Shown here in pieces: positions 27,416 to 38,141 of a stretch of DNA of 64,000 bases. Position 1 is the first letter of the stretch. Each line of letters begins with the position of its first letter. Below the pieces are notes generated by a model. It did no database searches. It saw nothing but the letters and a program-made list of their open reading frames with translations, and was not told the DNA's origin. A program made the position numbers and the translations under genes. Source of the stretch: Armatimonadota bacterium (GTDB lineage Bacteria; Armatimonadota; Fimbriimonadia; Fimbriimonadales; GBS-DC); the NCBI GenBank assembly GCA_013359125.1, contig JABWCR010000014.1, positions 3,431 through 67,430 on the forward strand. Direction: 5' to 3'.

Positions 27416-27445
27416 TTGCATCTTTCCATGAATATCGGTTATAAT
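27416..27445 (+). promoter_or_regulatory. Sigma70-like promoter candidate (TTGCAT-N18-TATAAT)
   Basis: A perfect TATAAT at 27440-27445 and a weak -35 at 27416-27421, lying 60 nt upstream of the TPR gene. Confidence 0.4.
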
Positions 27446-27504
27446 TACCGGACGTTGGGTAGGCAGGGAGCGCCAATCTTCGCCCTCAGTGCGGCTATGG
27501 GAGC

Positions 27505-27867
27505 ATGAACTTACTCATGTCGGATTCGAACGGCATTATCAAACACGTGGTTCAGATCATCAACGAAGGCCAGTTCGATGAGGCCGAACGGATGCTGAAA
27601 GAACTGCTGGGCAACGAACCGAACAATGCCGAGGCGCATCACCAGTTAGGACGAGTCTATTCCTTTATCGGTCTGTTCGACGAATCGTTGGAAGAACTGA
27701 AAGTCGCCGTAGAGATACTGCCTAACGATCCGCCCATCCGAGTCGACTTGGCCATGCAATACTGCATGTTAGGCTTCAACGACGAGGCCAAACAAGAGTT
27801 TGAAGAGGTGTTGCGCCAAGACCCCAACAACGAGATGGCGCAGCGCCAGATAATCTACTTCCGCTAA
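27505..27867 (+). CDS. TPR-repeat protein
   Basis: Three TPR-like 34-residue units (AEAHHQLGRVY... and others). Confidence 0.7.
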   Translation: MNLLMSDSNGIIKHVVQIINEGQFDEAERMLKELLGNEPNNAEAHHQLGRVYSFIGLFDESLEELKVAVEILPNDPPIRVDLAMQYCMLGFNDEAKQEFEEVLRQDPNNEMAQRQIIYFR

Positions 27868-30138
27868 ATGCGGCGGCGCCTCGCGCTCTTCCTCGCTTTC
27901 TCAGCCCTTCTCGCCTTTGCGCTCGTCTGGCGCTCGACGCTTGGGGGACATGTCTTTGCGCCATTGCCGCTGCTGAAAACAATGTCGCCATGGGCAGAAA
28001 TGGGATTACCGGTTGACGATGCTTATTGGGACGTGCTCAACTGGGACAGCCTCGCACAGTTCTACCATTGGCGCGACATTAGCAACGAGCAGATTAGATC
28101 GCTTCAGGCGCCTCTCTGGAACCCTTACGCCTTGTGCGGAGCGCCCCTTCTAGCAAACGGCCAATCCGCGCCGTTTTACCCGCCCAATCTGATGTCCGCC
28201 CCGCTATCAGCCGCCCGTGCGACCGGATGGCTGGCCTGGTTCGCCCTCTTCTGGGCCTGCTTGGGCGGCTGTTTGCTCTTTGCCCGACAAGGCTTATCGA
28301 CTACCGCCAGTATGGTCGGCGGGGCAGTCTGGTGTCTGAGCGCGTTCTTCGTCGCATGGTTGCAACTGCCGTCGGTTACCGCCGTTCTCTCTTGCATCCC
28401 TTGGGCGCTGGTCGCCTGCCACCGTCTGGTCGACGACCCTCGCACAGGAGCGGCATGGCTGGCGCTGGCTGCTGCAATGATCCTGCTGGCGGGGCATCTT
28501 CAGTTCGCCTTTTACGGCCTGGCCTTGACCGTGGCCTATGCGCTGTTCTTGTCGATTCAACGTCGAGCATGGGTCAGCCTTGGCGTTTTGCCGATCGCGT
28601 TGATGTTAGGAGCAGCGATCTCTGCGTTACAGTTGCTTCCAATGCTCGAACTGATTGGCTTTTCTCACCGTGGAGCGACCATCCCGACCGCCGAAGGCTA
28701 TCAAGCCTATTCGCGTCTGGCAATGCCTCTTTATCATCTGATTTCCTACGTCTCGCCCGAACCGTTTGGCCATCCCCGGGACGGCGATTATTGGGGCGCG
28801 TATCACTATGCCGAACTGGCGCTCTTTATTGGTCTTCCGACGCTTTTCTTGGCGTCGGCCGCGCTGGTCTCTCGCCGAACGCCAGCTGTCTGGTTCTGGC
28901 TGGCTGCCTGGGTTGTAGCGATCATGATCGCTATGGGTACCGGTCTTACCCAAGCGCTCTACTTCTATCTGCCTGGATGGAGCGGTTCGGGCAGCCCCGC
29001 CCGCGTGCTGTGCATTGCTGCGCTGGCTCTGGCTGGGCTGGCAGCGCATGGCGCTCAAGCCTTGCGAGATCGCCCAACGCGGTGGCCGCATGCAACCGGA
29101 CTCTTTCTATCGATCGTCGCCGCTTTCGCGCTAATCGGTTTTGGCCTGCTGCCTCAAGGGACGTCGTTTGATCTCTCCAAGATCATTCACATCCCTTCGC
29201 TTGCTGCCCTGATCGTGCTTATCGCCGCATCGATCTTGAAGCAGCCCAAGATCGTCCTTGCAGCGACCGTTATCGCCCTTTTTATTCCCGCCTATCGCTA
29301 CAACTTGACCGGTCCGATCGAGGCTGCATTCCCCAAGCCCTACAATGTGCCAACTCTTCAGCCAGGCGAGCGAATCATCGGGATCAACAATTCTTGGAGT
29401 TTGAGAGAAGCTCCCCGGGGCCAATTGCCCCCCAATACCGCTGCTGCGTGGCGAACGCCCGATGCGACCGGTTACGATTCGACGCTCCTGCGATGGTACA
29501 AACGCATGGCCGACTGGATGAACGAGCAGGACAGCGCGCCGGTAGAAAACGGCAATATGATATTTGCCAAGGTTATGAGAGAGAGATGGTCATGGCTGCG
29601 GGTGAAGCGGGAGTTTAACATGGGTATATGGTATGAATTGTCCGCTAACGGCTATGGCCTCTTCGTTGGCCCGGCAGAATTTGCCGATGAGGAAGAGACG
29701 TGGCGCAGACTCGACGATGCATGGGGCCGGAAGACGATCCTCTTAACTGGAGACGGCGCGCAAGAAGCCCTGAATCGCTACGGCGCGGGCGATCCTCAGC
29801 CTGGCGAAGCCCGGATTACAGAGTATGGGCCAAACGAGATCGCCATCGCCGCTTCGAATCCCTCAAGTCTTGGATCGTGGCTTTTCATCAGCGATACTTA
29901 CTATCCGGGTTGGCGGGCAACGGTTAACGGCAAGAATATGCCCGTCATCCGTGCCAACGGCGCTTTTCGCGCCATACCCGTTCCGCCCGGCGACTCGACC
30001 GTCCGGATGCGTTACTCGCCGGCTTCTTTTCAGTGGGGCTTGATCCTCGCAACCCTTGGAATTGCGATAGTCGGCGTGCTGTTGACGAGAAAAAGGGCGG
30101 CCCGCGTCAAAGCAGAAGCCGCCCTTGGTACGAGTTAG
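27868..30138 (+). CDS. Polytopic membrane protein, YfhO-like (putative glycosyl/lipid transferase family)
   Basis: Many predicted TM helices followed by a C-terminal soluble domain and a final TM, an architecture typical of YfhO-type proteins. The ATG directly follows the TPR gene stop. Confidence 0.7.
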   Translation: MRRRLALFLAFSALLAFALVWRSTLGGHVFAPLPLLKTMSPWAEMGLPVDDAYWDVLNWDSLAQFYHWRDISNEQIRSLQAPLWNPYALCGAPLLANGQSAPFYPPNLMSAPLSAARATGWLAWFALFWACLGGCLLFARQGLSTTASMVGGAVWCLSAFFVAWLQLPSVTAVLSCIPWALVACHRLVDDPRTGAAWLALAAAMILLAGHLQFAFYGLALTVAYALFLSIQRRAWVSLGVLPIALMLGAAISALQLLPMLELIGFSHRGATIPTAEGYQAYSRLAMPLYHLISYVSPEPFGHPRDGDYWGAYHYAELALFIGLPTLFLASAALVSRRTPAVWFWLAAWVVAIMIAMGTGLTQALYFYLPGWSGSGSPARVLCIAALALAGLAAHGAQALRDRPTRWPHATGLFLSIVAAFALIGFGLLPQGTSFDLSKIIHIPSLAALIVLIAASILKQPKIVLAATVIALFIPAYRYNLTGPIEAAFPKPYNVPTLQPGERIIGINNSWSLREAPRGQLPPNTAAAWRTPDATGYDSTLLRWYKRMADWMNEQDSAPVENGNMIFAKVMRERWSWLRVKREFNMGIWYELSANGYGLFVGPAEFADEEETWRRLDDAWGRKTILLTGDGAQEALNRYGAGDPQPGEARITEYGPNEIAIAASNPSSLGSWLFISDTYYPGWRATVNGKNMPVIRANGAFRAIPVPPGDSTVRMRYSPASFQWGLILATLGIAIVGVLLTRKRAARVKAEAALGTS

Positions 30139-31211
30139 CGTCGAGCGCGCTTGATGGTGCAACCAAACGCCTTGGTCTCGGCCTTGGCGACCGTGCGACC
30201 GGCTACGATGTCGTTGAGAGCGTTCTCCAGATCCTTCGAAGTAATGCCGCTCGGATTCTGGCTGTCGTCGATCCGACCATGATAGACGAGCTTCAGGTTC
30301 GGGTCGAGCACAAACGCCTCGGGAGTAACCGCCGCCTTGTACTGGTCTGCGACCGCATGACCTTCGTCGCGCAGGACGGGGAAGACGTACTTCTTGTCCG
30401 TCGCATGTTGCGTAACCTCGGCTGTCGGCTCGGTTACGTTAGGATTGATGCCTACGAACAAGATGCCCTTGTCCATGAACTTCTTGGCGACCTCGTTCAT
30501 CCGCTCGTCGTATGCCAACGAAACAGGGCACTTGGTTGCGATGAAGAACACGACCATCGCTTTGTGATTCTTGGCCAGCGATGTGCCAGCCTGAGCGCCC
30601 CACTTGCTGAAGGCCTCCGGCTTGAACGCGACCGGCAGATTGAACGAAGGCGCAACCTCGCCGATCTTGCCCGTAAACTCGGCAGACGGCTTCTCGGCGA
30701 CCCAACCGGCCAAGTCGGCGCCATGCTTTTCGGTCTCAATGCCGGTCATCACGTTTTCGACGGTTCCATCTTTGCCGACCAAGAACGTAACTCGGCTAGC
30801 AAGCCCGCTGGGCGACTTCACGCCATACGCCTTGGCCACTTCGCCGTTCGTGTCGGCCAGCAGCGTGTAAGGCAAGTTGTGCTCTTTGGCAAATTTGGCG
30901 TGCGTCTCGACCGAATCGGTGCTGATGCCGAAGACTACGGCGCCCGTCTTCTTGATCGCATCGTAGCTATCGCGGATCGAGCAGGCCTGTTTAGTGCATC
31001 CGCCGGTAAAATCTTTGGGATAGAAGACCAGGGCGACCGGCTTGCCTGCATAGTCGCTGAGCTTGTGGGTCTTGCCGTTCTGATCTTCAAGCGCAAAGTC
31101 GGGGGCTTTGGAGCCTTTCTCAATGGGAGACGATGAGAGCGCGTACTTCGCGCCGAAAGCAACGGCCACGGTCAGGGCGACTGCGGCAATAATCCAGCCA
31201 TTCTTACTCAT
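30135..31211 (-). CDS. Bcp-type peroxiredoxin fused to a second thioredoxin-fold domain
   Basis: FYPKDFTGGCTKQAC is the Bcp CxxxxC motif. The C-terminal half (FFIATKCPVSLAY...TPEAFVLDPNLKLVYHGRIDD) is paralogous to the 10850 gene. I prefer the start at 31211 (GGAGGG SD). Confidence 0.85.
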   Translation of the reverse strand: MSKNGWIIAAVALTVAVAFGAKYALSSSPIEKGSKAPDFALEDQNGKTHKLSDYAGKPVALVFYPKDFTGGCTKQACSIRDSYDAIKKTGAVVFGISTDSVETHAKFAKEHNLPYTLLADTNGEVAKAYGVKSPSGLASRVTFLVGKDGTVENVMTGIETEKHGADLAGWVAEKPSAEFTGKIGEVAPSFNLPVAFKPEAFSKWGAQAGTSLAKNHKAMVVFFIATKCPVSLAYDERMNEVAKKFMDKGILFVGINPNVTEPTAEVTQHATDKKYVFPVLRDEGHAVADQYKAAVTPEAFVLDPNLKLVYHGRIDDSQNPSGITSKDLENALNDIVAGRTVAKAETKAFGCTIKRARR

Positions 31212-31265
31212 GTGTGACCACCCTCCGGTAGTTTTTCGGTACAACTTAACAACACGTTTGCAAGC

Positions 31266-32618
<1,353 letters not shown>

Positions 32619-32654
32619 CTATATGGTCGCCTATGGCGCGGCGCGGAACCCAAA

Positions 32655-32755
32655 CATGCGCGGGGATAGGCGGAGGTCGGCCGCTTTCCCTACGCCGGTA
32701 CTAACCGGATCAGGTTCGAGGGGTTCGTCTCAGCCTCTTGGCGCCCCCAGCGACG
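32655..32755 (-). promoter_or_regulatory. TPP (THI-box) riboswitch
   Basis: The minus strand reads GGGGCGCCAAGAGGCUGAGACGAACCC..GAACCUGAUCCGGUUAGUACCGGCGUAGGGAAAGCGG. A downstream CCUCC segment can pair with the thiC SD (AGGAGG). Confidence 0.85.
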
Positions 32756-32760
32756 CTCTT

Positions 32761-32766
32761 AGTATA
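32761..32766 (-). promoter_or_regulatory. -10-like box (GGGTATACT on the minus strand) just upstream of the TPP riboswitch
   Basis: The same GGTAnAnT motif occurs at other genes. It sits about 6 nt from the predicted riboswitch 5' end. Confidence 0.4.
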
Positions 32767-33133
32767 CCCATCGCTACACCGCGGCAAAGCCCGAACGGGA
32801 TTTTTTCGAAATGTAGCACAATTTTGAGTACGAATCAAGCCGGGAGGGCGAGCGTCCCCGCGAGCCGAATCACGGGGGAGTTATGTCCCTCGACCTATAA
32901 GGATACAAGGGTTCTGGAGGAAGGGCCAGGCGGAAGCCTGGCGTGCCGAAGGTACGGTCTCGCGCAAAGAGCGCGAAAGGACGCCAAGGACTCAGAGGAG
33001 ACCCCGAACGAAGTCAGGAAGAACCCACCCTCGTCAGCAACTCCCCGCCGACACGCAAAGATTCTGGCCAAGATAGTGTATAACCCTGCAAACCCGAGAA
33101 GCCGTGCAGGGTACGATATCGCTCCCTCAACCC

Positions 33134-35431
33134 ATGAGAAAAACAAAAGCCAAAGGAAAACGAACCTACAAACAAGAAGCCATCCCGCCCGGCGGATCGC
33201 TCGTCATTGTCGAATCGCCCGCCAAGACCAAGACCCTCAAGAACTTCTTGGGACCCGAGTTCAGGCTCGCAGCCTCCATGGGGCATGTGCGCGACCTGCC
33301 GGCTCGAAAGTTAGGCATCGACATCGAAAAGGAGTTCTCGCCTACTTACGAAGTCTCTCCGGAGCGCAAAGATATCGTCCAGAAACTGAAGGCCGCTGCG
33401 GCCTCGGCCGACCGGGTCTACATGGCCACCGACCCGGATCGAGAAGGAGAAGCCATCGCTTGGCACTTGGCTCATGCGCTCAACGTTAAAGACCCGATCC
33501 GCATTCAGTTCAACGAGATCACAGAGACCGCCGTTCGTCAGGCGCTGCAACAGCCCCGCGAGATTAACCTGTCATTGGTCGACGCGCAGCAAGCCCGTCG
33601 CGTGATGGATCGATTGGTCGGCTATCAGCTTAGCCCGTTGCTTTGGAAGAAGAGCGGATCCAAAAATCTGAGCGCCGGTCGTGTGCAATCGGTCGCTTTG
33701 CGGCTCATCGTGGAGCGCGAGCGCGAGATTCGCGCCTTCGTGCCCGAAGAGTATTGGAACATTTTCGCCACGCTGACCCCGCTCACTGAGGATTTTCCTT
33801 TCAAAGCAGAGCTCAAACAAAAGGGCGACGAGAAGATCGATCTGAAGACCCAAGCCCAGACCGACGCCGTGCTGAAGCAGTTAGAGGGCGCGGAGTACAT
33901 CGTCTCGTCGGTTACCAAAAAGACTCAGAAACGCCGCCCTCAACCGCCGTTCATCACCAGCACGCTGCAGCAAGAGGCAGCGCGCAAGTTAGGCTTTTCG
34001 GCCAACCTCACCATGCGAATTGCCCAGCAACTGTACGAAGGCATCGAACTCGGCTCCGAGGGCGCCGTCGGCCTGATCACCTATATGCGAACCGATTCTG
34101 TGCGCGTTGCCGACGAGGCGCAAAGAGCGGCCGCGGCCTACATCGAGCGAGAGTACGGAAAGGACCACTTGCCGCCCAGCAAGCGCGTTTACAAAACTCG
34201 CGGCGGCGCTCAGGACGCTCACGAAGCTGTTCGACCGACCGACGTGTTCCGAACGCCCGATTCGGTCGCTCGATTTCTCTCTCCCGAACAGAAGAAGCTT
34301 TACGAGATCATTTGGAAACGTTTTGTTGCCAGTCAGATGGCAGATGCCGAGATCGAGGTTACGCGAGTCGACATCAAGGCTGGGGATTTCCTGTTTCGAG
34401 CGTCGGGCAGCCGACCCGTGTTCTTAGGCTTTATGTCGGTCTATGTCGAAGGAAAGGACACGGCCGAAACGACCGACGACGAGCAGCCCCCGTTGCCCGC
34501 GCTCTCGCCCGATCAACTGCTGAAGCTGTTGGCGCTGGAGCCAAAGCAGTCTTTTACGCAACCGCCGCCCCGATACACCGAAGCGACGTTGGTCAAAGCG
34601 ATGGAGCAGCACGGCATCGGTCGACCGAGCACTTACGCCTCGATCATCTCAACCATTGTCGATCGCAAGTACGTCGAGTTAAAGAGCAAGGCGTTCCATC
34701 CGACGCCCGTGGGCGAGCTGGTCAACGACTATCTGGTCAAGCGGTTCGACGACGTGGTGAATGTAGCGTTTACCGCCCGAATGGAAGAGGAACTCGACCA
34801 GATCGAGGATGGCAAGATGAAGTGGACTCGCGTGGTGGGCGACTTTTATGAGCCGTTCAAAAGGCGTCTCAACGAGGCGGAGGGCGATTCTGAGCGACTA
34901 AAGCCGGCAGACGAGCCATCTGACCTCAAATGTCCCGAATGTGGTCGGCCCATGGTGATCAAGAGCGTGCTAAGAATGGGCGAGATCGAACGGTTCTACG
35001 GCTGTTCGGGCTACCCGGAGTGCAAGAAAACCATGCCAATGGAAGAAGAACAGGCGGAGCAAGAAAACGCGCCCGACTGTCCGGAGTGCAGCAAGAAGAT
35101 GAAACTCCGAAAGGGACGGTACGGTCCGTTTTGGTCCTGCCAGGACTACCCGGCGTGCAAAGGCATCCGCAAAGTTACGACCGGCATCCCATGCCCTCAG
35201 TGCAAGACCGGCCAGATACGCCAGATGAAAAGCAAGAAGGGCAAGACGTTCTTCAGTTGCGATCGGTATCCCGAATGCAAGTTTGCCAGTTGGAACAAGC
35301 CCACGGGCGAGCAGTGTCCAAACTGCGGCGGCTATCTGATCGAGATGGCAGGCGGCAGAGGCGTGCAATGCTCAGACAAAGGCTGCGGATACAAGCGACA
35401 AGAATCTGCCGGCCTTGCCGAAGCGGGATAG
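33134..35431 (+). CDS. topA: DNA topoisomerase I
   Basis: Toprim block LVIVESPAKTKTL, the active-site region around GLITYMRTDS, and four C-terminal Cys4 zinc ribbons (CPECG...C..YPECK). Confidence 0.95.
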   Translation: MRKTKAKGKRTYKQEAIPPGGSLVIVESPAKTKTLKNFLGPEFRLAASMGHVRDLPARKLGIDIEKEFSPTYEVSPERKDIVQKLKAAAASADRVYMATDPDREGEAIAWHLAHALNVKDPIRIQFNEITETAVRQALQQPREINLSLVDAQQARRVMDRLVGYQLSPLLWKKSGSKNLSAGRVQSVALRLIVEREREIRAFVPEEYWNIFATLTPLTEDFPFKAELKQKGDEKIDLKTQAQTDAVLKQLEGAEYIVSSVTKKTQKRRPQPPFITSTLQQEAARKLGFSANLTMRIAQQLYEGIELGSEGAVGLITYMRTDSVRVADEAQRAAAAYIEREYGKDHLPPSKRVYKTRGGAQDAHEAVRPTDVFRTPDSVARFLSPEQKKLYEIIWKRFVASQMADAEIEVTRVDIKAGDFLFRASGSRPVFLGFMSVYVEGKDTAETTDDEQPPLPALSPDQLLKLLALEPKQSFTQPPPRYTEATLVKAMEQHGIGRPSTYASIISTIVDRKYVELKSKAFHPTPVGELVNDYLVKRFDDVVNVAFTARMEEELDQIEDGKMKWTRVVGDFYEPFKRRLNEAEGDSERLKPADEPSDLKCPECGRPMVIKSVLRMGEIERFYGCSGYPECKKTMPMEEEQAEQENAPDCPECSKKMKLRKGRYGPFWSCQDYPACKGIRKVTTGIPCPQCKTGQIRQMKSKKGKTFFSCDRYPECKFASWNKPTGEQCPNCGGYLIEMAGGRGVQCSDKGCGYKRQESAGLAEAG

Positions 35432-35527
35432 ACGATTTCTAGTTTATAATATCCCTGGACATGGCTACATCGCCCGGTCCTATGGCATCATTTACTGTAG
35501 GGGCGTAACGGCGCCCAGACCATAAAA

Positions 35528-37135
35528 ATGAAGAGAGCGCTCTTGACGGTGATGCTTGTCGGCTCGATGTTCGGGCTGGCCCATGCACAAACGCTGGAAG
35601 AAGTCCAAGACAGCGTCATCTATGTCAACGAGTTCTTTCCGGCCAACCAACTGAAGACTTACCGTCTCACCGTTACCAATAACAATACAACTGCCAACTT
35701 TGTCCGGCAGATTCATCCGTTGATGACGACGCCGGACAAGCTGACGGGCCTCACCGCGCCTGCCGGATGGGTTTGGGCCAAAGTGCCCTGGGACGCTTTT
35801 CCAGACGCGGCGCTCGCCTCCACAACGGGCACGGGCATCGCGCCGAACGGCGGCACAGGCGTATTCACCTATCAATGCGACCCGCCGAACGACTTCTACG
35901 TCCGCTCCCAGATTCGCCAGGGTACGATCAGCAACAACTTTGTCGATCGACAGCGCGTTTTGCCGCGCATTCCGCATCTTGCCCGCGACTATATCTCCAA
36001 ACTCAGCGTTCGTACTCGGTCGCAACGAACCGATGTGATACGACTGGAGTACACGGTCGACTCTGCCGAGCGCATCACCCGCCATCGTCTGACCACGATC
36101 AATGCCGACCGACAGCCGGTCGATCACGTTCGCTGGCCGCCAGCCAACATGAACCAGGCCAACTTCCCGCCAGACCGGTTCTTCTCCAGCTCGGTGCCGC
36201 GCAACATCGATACGGCAGGCCAAATCACCGTTCAGAATTGGTTTTTGCGCTTCGAAACGGCTCAGTTTTCGGGAGGCGGCATGTCGCTTCCCCAGTTGGA
36301 ATGGGTCAGTTCCACCGTGCGGGAGTCTAAAGCGAAGCTAAGCATTGAGTTTGAACCTTCGGTCGATCGTCCCGGAGTCGGTCGATCCGCAGTCTTCAGA
36401 CTCCGCAACGACGATACTCGGATCGTCGTCATCGATCAACTCCAACTCTTTTTTCACCAGCCTACCGACTTGCCGTTCGATGCCATCGAGGATTGGACGA
36501 CCTGGGACCGCACGGTCGGGCCGTTTCAATTGACCCCGGGCCAGGTCCGAACCGAACTGTTCCAAATGGCGCCGGGTCAGTACATTATAGGCAGAGTTGT
36601 GGCTCGCGAGCTGGGATCGTCTATTCCAATCATGCTGCACTTTTTGCAAGAGGAGATCGGCAATCCGTTGGTCTGCGGCAGTACGCCCGATAATGAGAGA
36701 CCGATCAATGTTACTTTTAGGCGCGTTGGCACGACCGAAGACATTGTTCTGCCGGCCCAACTTTTGGGAGACGAGCGCTGGCAAGTGCCGATCGAGTTGA
36801 TCAGTTTGGATATTCGGGGAAGCTACTATGTGCGAGCAAAGCCCGATAGGGCGCTGAGCGTGCTGGGCCAGCGCTGGCGCGGGGGTACGCCGGTCTTCGA
36901 TCTCTTTATGCCAGGGGGCGACGCGGTCGATCCCGACATCCGCATCCAGCACTTGATTCTCGGCGATGTGGACAACAACGACATCATCGACGACACCGAC
37001 CTGGCGCGAGTGTTGGGCCGCTTCGGCGCCATTGGCAATCTGGCCGAAGACCTGAACGGCGATGGGATAGTGGACGACATCGACCTGGCCATTCTTCTAG
37101 AGAACTTTGGCCGATCTGGACCGCCTTGGCCGTAA
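35528..37135 (+). CDS. Secreted protein with a C-terminal dockerin-like repeat pair
   Basis: Signal peptide MKRALLTVMLVGSMFGLAHA. The C-terminus carries DVDNNDIIDDTDLARVLGRFG and DLNGDGIVDDIDLAILLENFG. Confidence 0.75.
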   Translation: MKRALLTVMLVGSMFGLAHAQTLEEVQDSVIYVNEFFPANQLKTYRLTVTNNNTTANFVRQIHPLMTTPDKLTGLTAPAGWVWAKVPWDAFPDAALASTTGTGIAPNGGTGVFTYQCDPPNDFYVRSQIRQGTISNNFVDRQRVLPRIPHLARDYISKLSVRTRSQRTDVIRLEYTVDSAERITRHRLTTINADRQPVDHVRWPPANMNQANFPPDRFFSSSVPRNIDTAGQITVQNWFLRFETAQFSGGGMSLPQLEWVSSTVRESKAKLSIEFEPSVDRPGVGRSAVFRLRNDDTRIVVIDQLQLFFHQPTDLPFDAIEDWTTWDRTVGPFQLTPGQVRTELFQMAPGQYIIGRVVARELGSSIPIMLHFLQEEIGNPLVCGSTPDNERPINVTFRRVGTTEDIVLPAQLLGDERWQVPIELISLDIRGSYYVRAKPDRALSVLGQRWRGGTPVFDLFMPGGDAVDPDIRIQHLILGDVDNNDIIDDTDLARVLGRFGAIGNLAEDLNGDGIVDDIDLAILLENFGRSGPPWP

Positions 37136-38106
37136 ACCAGCCTCTGCGCAACCCGTTGGGCGAAACTCAACTTCGAGTCGTCGAACCCAGCAACCCGGTC
37201 GATAGCGCAACCGACCCGGTCTATGGCTACTCGTTCTCTTACGCAATCTATGGCGAAACCCGGCAGAAAGGCGACTGGGAACGGCGCTTTGTCGTCCGAG
37301 CGCAAAAACGAGAACGATTGCCCCTCATCCGACTCGCGTCGACCTTCTTGCTTCGTTGCTGCGACTATGCGATCGACCGGCTCAATCGCGACTTTGTGAT
37401 AGCCGGATCGCGAGAACTGAACGTCTATTTTTGCACTGAGGGCCGGCCAGGCGGCGAACATTTTCGCAACAACATCTACCTCTTTCGTGCCGACGACAGC
37501 GTGGCGCCGATCGACTGGGCGCGAGAGATCGCCCATGAGTTTGGACATGCCTCTGTACCGCCGATCAATAGTTTTTTGGAGCCGGAAGCATGGGCCAATG
37601 GCGATGTGGGAGAAAGGCTCTTTCTCGAATGGCTGCTGGAAGACCTCAAGACGGGCCGCTTAAGCCCGGACGACGCCATGCGCTGCGCGCCCGGCGACCT
37701 TGAGAGATACCTCGACCGACATAAAAAGCCTCTTGTGGATCGCTTGTTGGCGAACGGCTTAGACGTTCGAAAATATCGATCTCGCAGCGCGGAGGGCTAC
37801 TTCGAATATGTCGCCTTCGCCTGCTACTTGGAGAGAGTCTATGGCGCGGCGCTCCTGGCAAGATCAATGGCGCTGGCCGGAGGCGTCGAACCCGAACATT
37901 TTCTCAAAGGCGCGACCGAGGCGATCAACGAATCGGACGATTTGACGGTTACGATGAGAAAGCAAAGCCAAATGCTCTTTCTGCCCAATTACGCCCAATG
38001 GCGAACCGAACAAGGAAGATTGGAACGGGGATCATCGAGCGATTGGCCGCGCATTGCACTGCAGAGTTGGAAACCCGACCAAAACCTGCGGTTGACAAAG
38101 GCATAG
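37126..38106 (+). CDS. Hypothetical protein with an HExxH (HEFGH) zinc-peptidase-like motif
   Basis: Contains AREIAHEFGHASVPP. The only in-frame starts are TTG (37126 or 37156), so the start is uncertain. It overlaps the upstream gene by 10 nt. Confidence 0.55.
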   Translation: MAVNQPLRNPLGETQLRVVEPSNPVDSATDPVYGYSFSYAIYGETRQKGDWERRFVVRAQKRERLPLIRLASTFLLRCCDYAIDRLNRDFVIAGSRELNVYFCTEGRPGGEHFRNNIYLFRADDSVAPIDWAREIAHEFGHASVPPINSFLEPEAWANGDVGERLFLEWLLEDLKTGRLSPDDAMRCAPGDLERYLDRHKKPLVDRLLANGLDVRKYRSRSAEGYFEYVAFACYLERVYGAALLARSMALAGGVEPEHFLKGATEAINESDDLTVTMRKQSQMLFLPNYAQWRTEQGRLERGSSSDWPRIALQSWKPDQNLRLTKA

Positions 38107-38141
38107 ACAGGACGCCCTGTAACTGGGGAGAAAGTCAGGGA

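Noticed and set aside
30033-31136. 367-aa plus-strand ORF.
   Set aside because: It is antisense to the Bcp-redoxin fusion gene, which has unambiguous peroxiredoxin motifs.
32780-32800. GCCCGAACGGGATTTTTT as a possible plus-strand terminator.
   Set aside because: The stem is only 3-4 bp with a minimal loop, and there is no plus-strand gene upstream to terminate.
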